DNA of 64,000 nt from Nitrospirota bacterium (GTDB lineage: Bacteria; Nitrospirota; Thermodesulfovibrionia; Thermodesulfovibrionales; JdFR-88). Below are positions 18,733-27,583 of the stretch, piece after piece; position 1 is the first letter of the stretch, and every line of letters starts with the position of its first letter. The DNA is taken from contig JACWAF010000033.1 of the NCBI GenBank assembly GCA_014874185.1, forward strand, positions 21,234 through 85,233, written 5' to 3'. The notes under the pieces were generated by a model. The model worked only from the letters and a program-made list of their open reading frames with translations. It was not told the DNA's origin and did no database searches. A program made the position numbers and the translations under genes.

Positions 18733-21700
18733 ATGGGCTGGATACAGGACATAGTGGACCCCAAGGCAAGACTGTGGGAGGAATTGTACCGGAACCGGTG
18801 GGAATACGACCGACTGCACAGGAGCACCCATGGCGTGAACTGCACGGGCGGATGTTCCTGGGAGGTCTACGTGAAAGACGGCATCGTGGTCTGGGAGCTG
18901 CAGGCCACCGATTATCCTTCCCTTGAGCCCGGACTTCCCGGTTATGAGCCCCGCGGATGCCAGAGGGGCATAACCTTTTCCTGGTATATATACAGCCCTC
19001 TCAGGGTGAAATACCCCTATATAAGAGGCGTACTGGCCGATATGTGGCGGAAGGCCAGGGCGGCCTTCGCCGATCCCGTCGAGGCATGGGCGTCGATTAT
19101 GGAAGATGAAGAGGCCAGGAAGAGATTTCAGAAGGCCAGGGGAAAGGGCGGACTGAGGCGCACTACATGGGACGAAGCCGTGGAGATAATCTCCGCCGCC
19201 ACCCTTTATACCATAAAGAAGTACGGCCCCGACCGGCTGGCGGGTTTTACGCCCATCCCGGCCATGTCCATGCTCAGCTACGCCTCGGGCGCCAGGTTCC
19301 TGCAGCTTCTGGGCGGGGTAGTCCTCAGCTTTTACGACTGGTATGCCGATTTCCCTCCGGCCTTTCCGGAGGTCTGGGGGGACAAGACCGACGTTGGGGA
19401 GAGCGCGGACTGGTACAACAGCAAGATGATCGCCGTTATGGGGTCGAACCTGAACATGACGAGGACGCCTGACGTGCACTTTGCCGCGGAGGCAAGGAAC
19501 AACGGCTCCAAACTTGTCGTCTTCTCCCCGGATTTCAGCCAGCTCTCCAAATACGCCGACTGGTGGCTGCCAGTGAGGGCCGGGCAGGACGCGGCCTTCT
19601 GGATGGCCGTGGACCACGTGATCCTTAAAGAGTTTTACGCCGATGCGGAGGTCCCTTTCTTCTCCGGGTATCTGAAAAAATATACGGACGCCCCGTTCCT
19701 GGTTGAAATAGAAGTGAAAGAGGACTCCAACAGGGCTGGAAAATTCCTCCGGGCGGGCGAGCTTGACCGGTATAAAGGTTCCGAAAACCCCGAATGGAAA
19801 CTCCTGGTATTCGATGCCAAAACGAACTCGGCAAAATCTCCCAACGGCTCGATAGGGTTCAGATGGCAGAAGCGGGAAGGGCTGTGGAACCTCAATATGA
19901 AAGACGGCGAGGACGGTTCGGAAATAGAGCCGGTGCTCAGTTTTATAAAAGACAGGGATGCCGTCATCCCGGTAGATTTCCATTCTGCCGGGGATGCCGG
20001 GAATCTCCGGCGCGGGGTGCCGGTAAAGTACATCGAGACTGCGAGGGGCCCGGTGGCCGTAAGCACGGCCTTTGACCTGATGACGTCGCAGTTCGGCGTC
20101 TCGCGCGGCCTGGAGGGGGATTATCCTGAAGGGTACGGCGATAATATGGCTTATACCCCTGCATGGCAGGAAAAACATACGGGGATAAGTGCGGACACCG
20201 TTGTGCAGTTCGCGCGCGAATGGGCCCGCACCGCAGTCAGCACCAGGGGCAAATGCATGGTAATCGCGGGCTCCGGCGTGAACCACTGGTACAACGCCAA
20301 CCTGATTTACCGTTCGGCCATTACGGCCCTGATGCTCTGCGGGTGCGTGGGGGTGAACGGGGGAGGGATGAACCACTATACCGGGCAGGAGAAGATCGTC
20401 CCCGAGTCGGCCTGGCGCACTATCGCGTTCGCGACGGACTGGCTCAATCCGCCACGCCTTCAGAATACGCCCTCTTACCATTACGTGCACAGCTGCCAGT
20501 GGCGCTACGACTCGCCCGGACGCGAGGACAGGATCCTTGGGAACGATCACCCCATGGATATGCAGGCCATGGCGGTGCGCCTAGGGTGGCTGCCTTTTTA
20601 TCCCCAGTTCGACAGGAGCACCATCGGGCTTGTGAAAGAGGCCGCAGGGGCGGGTGCGAAAACGGATGATGAGATAATAAGCTGGCTTATACGAGAACTG
20701 AAGGAAGAGAGGGTCCGCTTCGCCGTGGAGGAACCGGACAGGCCTGAAAACTGGCCCAGGGTTCTTTTCATATGGCGCGGCAACGCCCTCCACACCAGCG
20801 CAAAAGGCGAAGAGTATTCGTTCAAACATTACCTTGGCACCGGCACAAACGAGATATCCGAAGAGACGAAGAACCCGCCCATCCATGATGTAAGCATGAA
20901 GTGGCCGGCCCCCGAGGGAAAGCTGGACCTTGTCGTGGATCTTAATTTCAGGATGGACACCTCGGCGCTTTATTCCGATATCATACTGCCCTCCGCAAGC
21001 TGGTACGAAAAAGACGACATGAACACGACCGACCTTCATTCCTATATCCATCCCCTTTCCGCCGCGGTGCCCCCGTGCTGGGAGTCGAAGGACGACTGGG
21101 AGATTTTCAAGACGATAGCAAGGAAAGTGAGCGAGCTTTCCAGGGCCCATTTCCCAAGGCCGTTCAAGGACATCGTTGCCACCCCCCTCATGCATGATTC
21201 AAGGGATGAAATGGCACAGCCCTCGGTCAAGGACTGGAAAAAGGGCGAGTGCGAGCCCATCCCCGGAAAGACCATGCCCAGGTTCACCATAGTGGAAAGA
21301 AATTATCCGGACCTCTATAACAGGTATATCTCCTTCGGCCATCTTCCCAAAAAGACCGGCATGCACGAAAAGGGCGTCCACTGGCAGATGGAAGACCTCT
21401 ATTACGATTATCTGAAGGGAGCGCCGTCTGAAACCTGGGGCGGCAAGACCTACATATCACTTTCGGGGGCAAGGGAGGCGGCCAATGTGGTCCTGTTCTT
21501 CGCCCCGGAGACAAACGGTGAGGTATCACACAGGGGTTTTGAGGACCTCGAAAAAAAGACCGGCGTGAAACTGGCCGGCCTGGCGGAAGAGACGAGGGGG
21601 GTGCGCTACAGTTTCGCGGACCTCCTGGCCCAGCCAAGAAGGATACTTACATCTCCATGCTGGACCGGCATAACGAACAGGGGCAGGGCATACTCGGCCT

Positions 21701-22329
21701 TTGTGATAAACGTGGAGCGGGGAGTGCCCTGGCGGACCCTTTCCGGGCGGCAGCATTTTTACATGGACCATGAAGGCTATCGCGAGTTCAACGAGGGCTT
21801 CCCCACCTTCAAGGCAAAGCTTACGAAAGAGCGCTCCGGGGACCTGCGGAAGACAGCCTCCGCGGGCAGGTCCGTCCTTCTCAACTGCCTGACCCCGCAT
21901 GGCAAGTGGCACATACACAGCACCTATTCTGACAACTTGCTGATGCTGCTCCTGTCGAGAGGGGTGGAGCCTTTCTGGCTGAACCTGGCGGACGCCGCGG
22001 AAATTGGCGTAAGGGACAACGACTGGGTGGAGGTCTACAACGACAACGGGGTGGTGGTGACCAGGGCGGTCCTGAGCGCGCGAATCCCGAGGGGGGTGGG
22101 CTTCTTCTATCATGCCCCTGAGCGCACTATGGGTTTCCCGAAATCGCCCTTGAGAAATATGAAACGGGGAGGCGGCACGAACGCCCTGACGCGCGTGCGC
22201 CTTAAACCCCTTTTCATGATCGGCGGATACGCGCAGTTTTCATACGCGTTCAATTACTGGGGGCCTCCGGCCCCGGACAGGGACACGTACGCCCTGGTCC
22301 GGAAGCTGGAAGGCAAGCCGGTTTTTTAA
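18733..22329 (+). CDS. narG: Respiratory nitrate reductase alpha subunit (NarG-type Mo-bisMGD enzyme; could equally be a cytoplasm-facing NxrA)
   Basis: ATG at 18733 after AGAGGTG. HRSTHGVNCTGGCSWEVY is the FS0 H-x3-C-x3-C motif. Similarity to my recollection of E. coli NarG runs end to end (GPDRLAGFTPIPAMSMLSYASGARF, YDWYADFPP, ILPSASWYEKDDMNT, TPHGKWHIHSTYSDNLLML). No twin-arginine signal. Confidence 0.93.
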   Translation: MGWIQDIVDPKARLWEELYRNRWEYDRLHRSTHGVNCTGGCSWEVYVKDGIVVWELQATDYPSLEPGLPGYEPRGCQRGITFSWYIYSPLRVKYPYIRGVLADMWRKARAAFADPVEAWASIMEDEEARKRFQKARGKGGLRRTTWDEAVEIISAATLYTIKKYGPDRLAGFTPIPAMSMLSYASGARFLQLLGGVVLSFYDWYADFPPAFPEVWGDKTDVGESADWYNSKMIAVMGSNLNMTRTPDVHFAAEARNNGSKLVVFSPDFSQLSKYADWWLPVRAGQDAAFWMAVDHVILKEFYADAEVPFFSGYLKKYTDAPFLVEIEVKEDSNRAGKFLRAGELDRYKGSENPEWKLLVFDAKTNSAKSPNGSIGFRWQKREGLWNLNMKDGEDGSEIEPVLSFIKDRDAVIPVDFHSAGDAGNLRRGVPVKYIETARGPVAVSTAFDLMTSQFGVSRGLEGDYPEGYGDNMAYTPAWQEKHTGISADTVVQFAREWARTAVSTRGKCMVIAGSGVNHWYNANLIYRSAITALMLCGCVGVNGGGMNHYTGQEKIVPESAWRTIAFATDWLNPPRLQNTPSYHYVHSCQWRYDSPGREDRILGNDHPMDMQAMAVRLGWLPFYPQFDRSTIGLVKEAAGAGAKTDDEIISWLIRELKEERVRFAVEEPDRPENWPRVLFIWRGNALHTSAKGEEYSFKHYLGTGTNEISEETKNPPIHDVSMKWPAPEGKLDLVVDLNFRMDTSALYSDIILPSASWYEKDDMNTTDLHSYIHPLSAAVPPCWESKDDWEIFKTIARKVSELSRAHFPRPFKDIVATPLMHDSRDEMAQPSVKDWKKGECEPIPGKTMPRFTIVERNYPDLYNRYISFGHLPKKTGMHEKGVHWQMEDLYYDYLKGAPSETWGGKTYISLSGAREAANVVLFFAPETNGEVSHRGFEDLEKKTGVKLAGLAEETRGVRYSFADLLAQPRRILTSPCWTGITNRGRAYSAFVINVERGVPWRTLSGRQHFYMDHEGYREFNEGFPTFKAKLTKERSGDLRKTASAGRSVLLNCLTPHGKWHIHSTYSDNLLMLLLSRGVEPFWLNLADAAEIGVRDNDWVEVYNDNGVVVTRAVLSARIPRGVGFFYHAPERTMGFPKSPLRNMKRGGGTNALTRVRLKPLFMIGGYAQFSYAFNYWGPPAPDRDTYALVRKLEGKPVF

Positions 22330-22340
22330 GAGGAGATAAA

Positions 22341-23828
22341 GTGGACATCCGCGCCCAGGTATCGATGGTCTTTCATCTGGACAAGTGCATAGGCTGCCAC
22401 ACATGCAGCATCGCCTGCAAGAACATCTGGACCCCCAGGCGCGGCACCGAGTACATGTGGTGGAACAACGTTGAGACGAAGCCCGGCACCGGCTATCCCA
22501 CCCTGTGGGAAGACCAGGGTAAATACAGGGGCGGCTGGGCCGTCCACAAGGGAAAACCCAAACTGAAATTGCAGGGCAGGGCGGGCGCGCTGGCCAACAT
22601 ATTCTTCAACCCGTATCTGCCCACGATGGGCGACTATTACGAGCCCTGGACATATCACTATGAAGACCTCGCCAATGCCCCGGAGGGCGACGACCAGCCG
22701 GTCGCGACCCCGGTCTCGGAGATAACCGGCCGGGACATGGAAATAGAGGCCGGGCCTAACTGGGATGATGATCTGAGCGGCTCTTACATTTATGCCGAAA
22801 GCGACCCGAACAGGCTGGCGCTTACGCCGGAGGAGAGAGAGGTCTCCTTCAGGATGGAGAGGCTCGCCTTCTTCTACCTGCCCAGGATCTGCAATCACTG
22901 CCTGAACCCCGGCTGCCTTGCCGCGTGTCCGGCGGGCGCCATTTACAAACGCGGGATGGACGGCATAGTGCTTGTAAGCCAGGACAAGTGCCGGGCGTGG
23001 AGGATGTGCATATCCGGCTGTCCGTATAAAAAAGTCTATTACAACTGGGCGACGGGAAAATCCGAGAAGTGCATATTGTGCTATCCAAGGCAGGAAACGC
23101 AGCAGCCGCCCGCGTGTTTCCACGCGTGCGTGGGGCGCATCCGTTATCTGGGGCTGGTGCTTTATGATGCCAAGATGATAGAGGCGGCCGCCTCCGTTCC
23201 GGACCATGAGCTTGTGAGCGCGCACAGGGACATTATTAAAGACCCGTTTGACCCGGAGGTCATCGCCAGGGCGAAAGAGAATGGCATATCCGATCACATG
23301 ATCAAAGCCGCGCAGTCGTCGCCCGTATACAAATTTGTGAAAGAGTGGCGGATCGCGCTCCCCCTTCATCCAGAATTCAGGACACTGCCGATGCTCTTTT
23401 ATGTCCCGCCGCTTCTTCCGGTTACAGCCTCGATGAAAGACGGCATCTACGAGAGCACGGGTGAATTTTTCGGCTCACTTGAGAATTTGAGGGTCCCTCT
23501 CAGGTATTTCGCGTCGCTTCTGGCCGGGGGGAACGAAGCCGAAGTGGAGCGCTCTTTCAAAAAGCTCTACGCGGTGCGGGTCTACAGGCGCGCGCAGACG
23601 GCGGGCGATATAAGCCAGAAGGAGGTCAGCCGGGTGCTCGAAGCGGCGGACACGTCTCCGGAGGAAGTCGAAGCCATATACAAAATGAGCTCGCTTGCCT
23701 CATATGAGGAGCGGTTCGTCATGCCGCCGTTCATGCGCGAGGCGGCCATAGAGGCCGAGGAAGAGCCGTCCAGGAGAAAAACGGATGCAGGGGCCGGGTT
23801 CATAAGCAAACTGAGGAGGGGTATCTGA
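22341..23828 (+). CDS. narH: Respiratory nitrate reductase beta subunit (Fe-S)
   Basis: GTG start 7 nt after AGGAG. MDIRAQVSMVFHLDKCIGCHTCSIACKNIW..WWNNVETKPG closely parallels E. coli NarH. Further Cys clusters CNHCLNPGCLAACP and CRAWRMCISGCPY. Confidence 0.95.
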   Translation: MDIRAQVSMVFHLDKCIGCHTCSIACKNIWTPRRGTEYMWWNNVETKPGTGYPTLWEDQGKYRGGWAVHKGKPKLKLQGRAGALANIFFNPYLPTMGDYYEPWTYHYEDLANAPEGDDQPVATPVSEITGRDMEIEAGPNWDDDLSGSYIYAESDPNRLALTPEEREVSFRMERLAFFYLPRICNHCLNPGCLAACPAGAIYKRGMDGIVLVSQDKCRAWRMCISGCPYKKVYYNWATGKSEKCILCYPRQETQQPPACFHACVGRIRYLGLVLYDAKMIEAAASVPDHELVSAHRDIIKDPFDPEVIARAKENGISDHMIKAAQSSPVYKFVKEWRIALPLHPEFRTLPMLFYVPPLLPVTASMKDGIYESTGEFFGSLENLRVPLRYFASLLAGGNEAEVERSFKKLYAVRVYRRAQTAGDISQKEVSRVLEAADTSPEEVEAIYKMSSLASYEERFVMPPFMREAAIEAEEEPSRRKTDAGAGFISKLRRGI

Positions 23829-23832
23829 AAAT

Positions 23833-24363
23833 ATGGAAAACTGCCCTGCGGGGCTTTATGCCCTTTTTGCGGACCTGATGGATTATCCCACCCCCGCCTT
23901 GAAGGAAAAGGCGGGCGAGTGCGCTTCCGCCTTGCCGGCGGTGAACGGAAAGGCCCTGGGCCCGTTTTCCAGGTTCAGGGATTTTCTGGAAGGGGCCGAA
24001 CTCTCCCTGGTCGAGGAACTTTACACAAGGACATTCGATCTGCAGCCCGTGTGTCCCCCATACGCCGGGCAATACCTCTTCGGTCAGGACATGAGGCGGG
24101 GCATGTTCATGGCGAAATTAAGGAAGCTCTACCGCGAGCGCAATTTCCCGGAGAACGGCGAACTTCCGGACCACCTTGGCGTGATGCTCAGGTTCGTGTC
24201 GAAAAGCCCCTCCATCGAGGAGGCCAGGGAGATTGTGGAATTCTGTCTTGTGCCCTCTTTTCAGAAAATGGTCTCGAAGCTTGCGGAAGGGGAAAACCCT
24301 TACGGGTTTCTGGTCAACGCAATCCTCCTGGCCCTGAACGGGAAAGAGGAGAAAGCGGCGTAG
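23833..24363 (+). CDS. narJ: Nitrate reductase molybdenum cofactor assembly chaperone (NarJ/TorD family)
   Basis: 176 aa. Position between narH and narI. YTRTFDL and ELPDHLGVMLRF motifs typical of NarJ. Confidence 0.8.
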   Translation: MENCPAGLYALFADLMDYPTPALKEKAGECASALPAVNGKALGPFSRFRDFLEGAELSLVEELYTRTFDLQPVCPPYAGQYLFGQDMRRGMFMAKLRKLYRERNFPENGELPDHLGVMLRFVSKSPSIEEAREIVEFCLVPSFQKMVSKLAEGENPYGFLVNAILLALNGKEEKAA

Positions 24364-24367
24364 AGAT

Positions 24368-25072
24368 ATGTCAGATACGGTCTATTTCATAGCCTTCCCC
24401 TACCTTGCCCTCTTTGCCGCATTGGGAGGCGGCCTTTACAGGTACTACAAGCACCGGTTTACGTATTCGAGCGTCTCCTCCCAGCTACTGGAGAACAGGA
24501 TGCTTTTCTGGGGTTCCGTGCCCTGGCATTACGGGATAATCCTGATACTTCTTGCCCATATCGTTCCCCTGGTGGCAACGCCCTTCTGGATATGGCTCCA
24601 TGCGGATCCCACCAGGATACTGCTCCTGGAGGTCATCGGCTCGGCCATGGGGTTCCTGGCCATCCTGGGCATGGCGGCCCTGATCCTGAGGCGCCTCTTC
24701 AGCTTGAAGCCGCGCCATGCCACATCCATCATGGACTGGGTGCTATTGATCGACCTGGCATTTCAGATAGCGCTCGGGTTTTACATCACCCTGTATTACA
24801 GGTGGGGATCAAGCTGGTATCTGTTCACGGCCACTCCGTGGATACGCTCGCTTGCCGCCCTGAACCCCAGGGTAGATTTCGTCAATGAGCTGCCGCCGGT
24901 TGTCCAGCTCCATTTCGTGAACGGGTTCCTGGTTATCGCCCTGATACCGTTTACAAGGCTGGGCCACTTGTTTACCGTTCCGGTCACTTATCTGTGGAGG
25001 CCGTTCCAGGTATTTATATGGAGCAGGAAGAAAAACGGCTATAATGAAACGGGAGGCATATATGGGAAATGA
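24368..25072 (+). CDS. narI: Respiratory nitrate reductase gamma subunit (diheme b, membrane)
   Basis: 234 aa with five TM helices. Conserved His in WHYGIILILLAHIV and later helices. The gene order narGHJI fits. Confidence 0.85.
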   Translation: MSDTVYFIAFPYLALFAALGGGLYRYYKHRFTYSSVSSQLLENRMLFWGSVPWHYGIILILLAHIVPLVATPFWIWLHADPTRILLLEVIGSAMGFLAILGMAALILRRLFSLKPRHATSIMDWVLLIDLAFQIALGFYITLYYRWGSSWYLFTATPWIRSLAALNPRVDFVNELPPVVQLHFVNGFLVIALIPFTRLGHLFTVPVTYLWRPFQVFIWSRKKNGYNETGGIYGK

Positions 25073-25589
25073 AGAGGAGCGGTCAGCCCCTACGGTCTCA
25101 AGGCGGAGCTTTGTATTGAGAGCGGTCATAGGCGTGTTCACTTCGCTGGGCGCGCTGGTGATGGCCGTGCCTTTTTTAAGGGTGGTATTCAACGCCGCCC
25201 CGCTTAGAAAGGCCGAATGGGCCGAAGCCGCCAATATCAGCATATTGCCGGAAGGGCAGCCGAAAGACGTTAAATTCGAGGCCCATTCGGTGGACGCTTA
25301 TTTGCGGCAGATGAAACTGAGGAGCGTATGGGTGATAAAGCACTCCCCCGAAATTTTTTCCGTTTTTTCCCCCATCTGCCCCCACCTGGGCTGCTATTAT
25401 AAGTGGGACCCCTCGACACAGCATTTCGAATGCCCCTGCCATGGCAGCGTTTTCACCATTACCGGGAAGGTCATAGGCGGGCCTGCTCCAAGGCCGCTGG
25501 ACACCCTCCCTTACAAGGTGCAGGGGGGCAAGCTGTTTGTGAAGTGGGAGAGGTTCCAGGTCGGCATACCTCAGAAGGTAAGGGTATAG
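25062..25589 (+). CDS. Rieske [2Fe-2S] protein with twin-arginine signal (bc-complex copy 1)
   Basis: GGGAGG then ATG at 25062 (an alternative ATG lies at 25044). SRRSFVLRAVIG Tat motif. CPHLGC...CPCHGS Rieske boxes. Overlaps the narI 3' end by 11 nt. Confidence 0.9.
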   Translation: MGNEEERSAPTVSRRSFVLRAVIGVFTSLGALVMAVPFLRVVFNAAPLRKAEWAEAANISILPEGQPKDVKFEAHSVDAYLRQMKLRSVWVIKHSPEIFSVFSPICPHLGCYYKWDPSTQHFECPCHGSVFTITGKVIGGPAPRPLDTLPYKVQGGKLFVKWERFQVGIPQKVRV

Positions 25590-25591
25590 CC

Positions 25592-27583
25592 ATGGCCTGG
25601 AAATGGTTTACCGAAAAGTGGCCCTATTACCAGCTTAAAAAGCTGCTCCTTTATGAGGAGCTGCCCGGAGGAGCTGCGTTTGCGTCTACGCTGGGAAGCT
25701 CCCTCATGGTCATCTTTACCTTGCAGGTCCTCACCGGCATAGCCCAGCTCTTCTATTATGTCCCTACGACAGACCATGCCTACGACAGCGTGGCCTATCT
25801 GCGCACGGAAGTCCCGTTCGGCTGGTTCGTTCATAACATGCACTACTGGGGCGCCAACGCGATGGTCCTCGTTATCGCCCTGCACATGATAAGGGTTTAT
25901 GTCTGGGGGGCATACAAGACACAGCTTACCTGGCTTATCGGGGTCGCCCTCATGCTTTGCGCAATGGTAATGAGCTTCACCGGCGCGCCCCTCATATGGG
26001 ACGAGAAGGGATACTGGGCAGGTGAAGTAGGCTCCGGCATAACCAGTACTGTCCCTGTTTTGGGCAATATTGTGAAAACGATACTCCGGGGCGGCGAATC
26101 GATGGGCCAGCTTTCGATATCCCGGTTCTTCGTATTTCATGTGTGGGTCTTCGCGCCGGTCCTGGCTTTCCTGATAGCGGCCCATATAGCGGCCTTAAGG
26201 ACGACCGGGATAGCAGGCCCCTGGGATGAAAGAAAGAGAAGGCGGGTGGGCCATTTCTGGCCGGACCAGGCGGCTAGAGACATTATCGTGGCCTCGGTCG
26301 TCTTTTTCATCCTGGTCACCCTTTCCGTATTTTTGCCCCCTCCGTTCACCGGGCAGGCGGACCCCCTCAACACATCCTATGTGCCCAAACCGGAGTGGAA
26401 CTTCCTTTTCGTCTACCAGGCGCTCAAATATTTTCAGGGCCCGCTGGAGCCGGTCGGCACCGTGGGCGTGCCGACAGTTCTTATAGTTCTCCTTGTCATA
26501 TTGCCCTTCATTGACAAGGGCCCGGAACGGAACCCGCTTAGAAGGCCGATTGCAATGGCCTGCCTGTTCGTATATGCCTGTTTCATAATAGCCATGACCA
26601 TAATGGGTTATCTCAGCCCCGGTTTTGCCCAGATGGCCGGGGCGGCCGGGGCCCCGGCGGCAAGGTTGGGAAAAGGCGAGACCGGCGGCGCAAAAGGGCC
26701 GGCTGGGAAGGGCGTTGCGGCCGGCCGGAAGCTCTTTCAAAGCGAAGGCTGTGCCGGATGCCACAAGGTAAACGGACAGGGCGGAACCATGGGGCCTGAG
26801 TTATCAGGGGCCACGCTGAAGGGAAAGACCAGGAAGTGGCTTGCCGATCAGATAAGAAACCCGAAATCACATAATCCGAATTCCATAATGCCCGCTTTCA
26901 GCCAGCTCTCGAAGAACCAGGTAAACGCGCTGGTTGACTATCTCATGGGTCTTGCTGGCACTGGCGGGGCCCCGGGGCCTGCGGCAAAGCCGCAGCCCCG
27001 GGCGCCGGGTGCCGGTGCTCAAGTCCAGCCCGGTCAGGCAAATGCGGTATCGGCACCGGGGCAGGCCCAACCCAGCCAATTAAAGGTGGTCCCGCCCGAT
27101 ACGGTGCCGGAAACTCCGTCGGGTAAAGCGGCATATATAATAGGCAGTGCCAGCAATGGAGAACAGCTCTTCAAGGAACAATGCGCGCAATGCCATGGGG
27201 CAAAAGGGGCTGGCGGAGTGCCCAATCCCGGTTCGGCTGAGGGGGTGGTCCCCCCGCTTAGTCCCATAAATAAAAACATCGCGAGCCCGGACCCGAAGCA
27301 GTTTGCCCGGAACATAGATAAATTCATTCAGCATGGGGCCATTCCCCCAGGGCCCAATCCGGCCCTGCAGATGCCGGTCTTCGGCGACAATAATTCCCTC
27401 ACCCAGCCGGAGATTTCAAACATAGAGGCATACATACTGAAGCTGAACGGGGTGGACCGCAGCATCCCCGCTCACCCCGGAATGGACCCGCGCCTGTTTT
27501 ATGCGGTATTCGTTATCGCCTATGTTGTCGCCGCAATCGTTCTCCTCATGATGTGGCGAAATGCGGGGAGGAGCCGGACATGA
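25592..27583 (+). CDS. Fusion protein: cytochrome b (b6-like N domain + subunit IV-like C domain) + two class I c-type heme domains + C-terminal TM anchor
   Basis: ATG at 25592 (MAWKWFTEKW). Helix B is H-x13-H (HYWGANAMVLVIALH) and helix D is H-x14-H (HVWVFAPVLAFLIAAH). KPEWNFLF sits at the PEWY position. CAGCH..MPAF and CAQCH..MPVF heme c units are separated by P/A/G/Q-rich linkers. Terminal TM helix FYAVFVIAYVVAAIVLLMMW. Confidence 0.9.
   Translation: MAWKWFTEKWPYYQLKKLLLYEELPGGAAFASTLGSSLMVIFTLQVLTGIAQLFYYVPTTDHAYDSVAYLRTEVPFGWFVHNMHYWGANAMVLVIALHMIRVYVWGAYKTQLTWLIGVALMLCAMVMSFTGAPLIWDEKGYWAGEVGSGITSTVPVLGNIVKTILRGGESMGQLSISRFFVFHVWVFAPVLAFLIAAHIAALRTTGIAGPWDERKRRRVGHFWPDQAARDIIVASVVFFILVTLSVFLPPPFTGQADPLNTSYVPKPEWNFLFVYQALKYFQGPLEPVGTVGVPTVLIVLLVILPFIDKGPERNPLRRPIAMACLFVYACFIIAMTIMGYLSPGFAQMAGAAGAPAARLGKGETGGAKGPAGKGVAAGRKLFQSEGCAGCHKVNGQGGTMGPELSGATLKGKTRKWLADQIRNPKSHNPNSIMPAFSQLSKNQVNALVDYLMGLAGTGGAPGPAAKPQPRAPGAGAQVQPGQANAVSAPGQAQPSQLKVVPPDTVPETPSGKAAYIIGSASNGEQLFKEQCAQCHGAKGAGGVPNPGSAEGVVPPLSPINKNIASPDPKQFARNIDKFIQHGAIPPGPNPALQMPVFGDNNSLTQPEISNIEAYILKLNGVDRSIPAHPGMDPRLFYAVFVIAYVVAAIVLLMMWRNAGRSRT

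Noticed and set aside
18715-20550. 611-aa ORF on the minus strand, antisense to narG
   Set aside because: It lies entirely inside the strongly supported narG frame. Its composition is Arg/Pro/Gly/His-rich and low in complexity, as expected for shadow ORFs in GC-rich DNA. No recognisable motif.
18733-22329. NarG-like protein as a periplasmic (Nitrospira/anammox-type) NXR, or as another DMSO-reductase-family enzyme
   Set aside because: There is no twin-arginine signal. The FS0 motif H-x3-C-x3-C and end-to-end collinearity with my recollection of E. coli NarG, together with narH-narJ-narI partners, place it in the cytoplasm-facing Nar/Nxr group. The direction of catalysis remains open.
25403-25591. 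Upstream extensions of many ORFs in the track (for example 25403, 8195, 15092, 16611, 18673, 27553, 29453, 31326, 52841, 61126-61368)
   Set aside because: Each extension overlaps the 3' end of the preceding well-supported gene and lacks family similarity. An internal start with a Shine-Dalgarno or a 1-4 nt overlap junction fits better.
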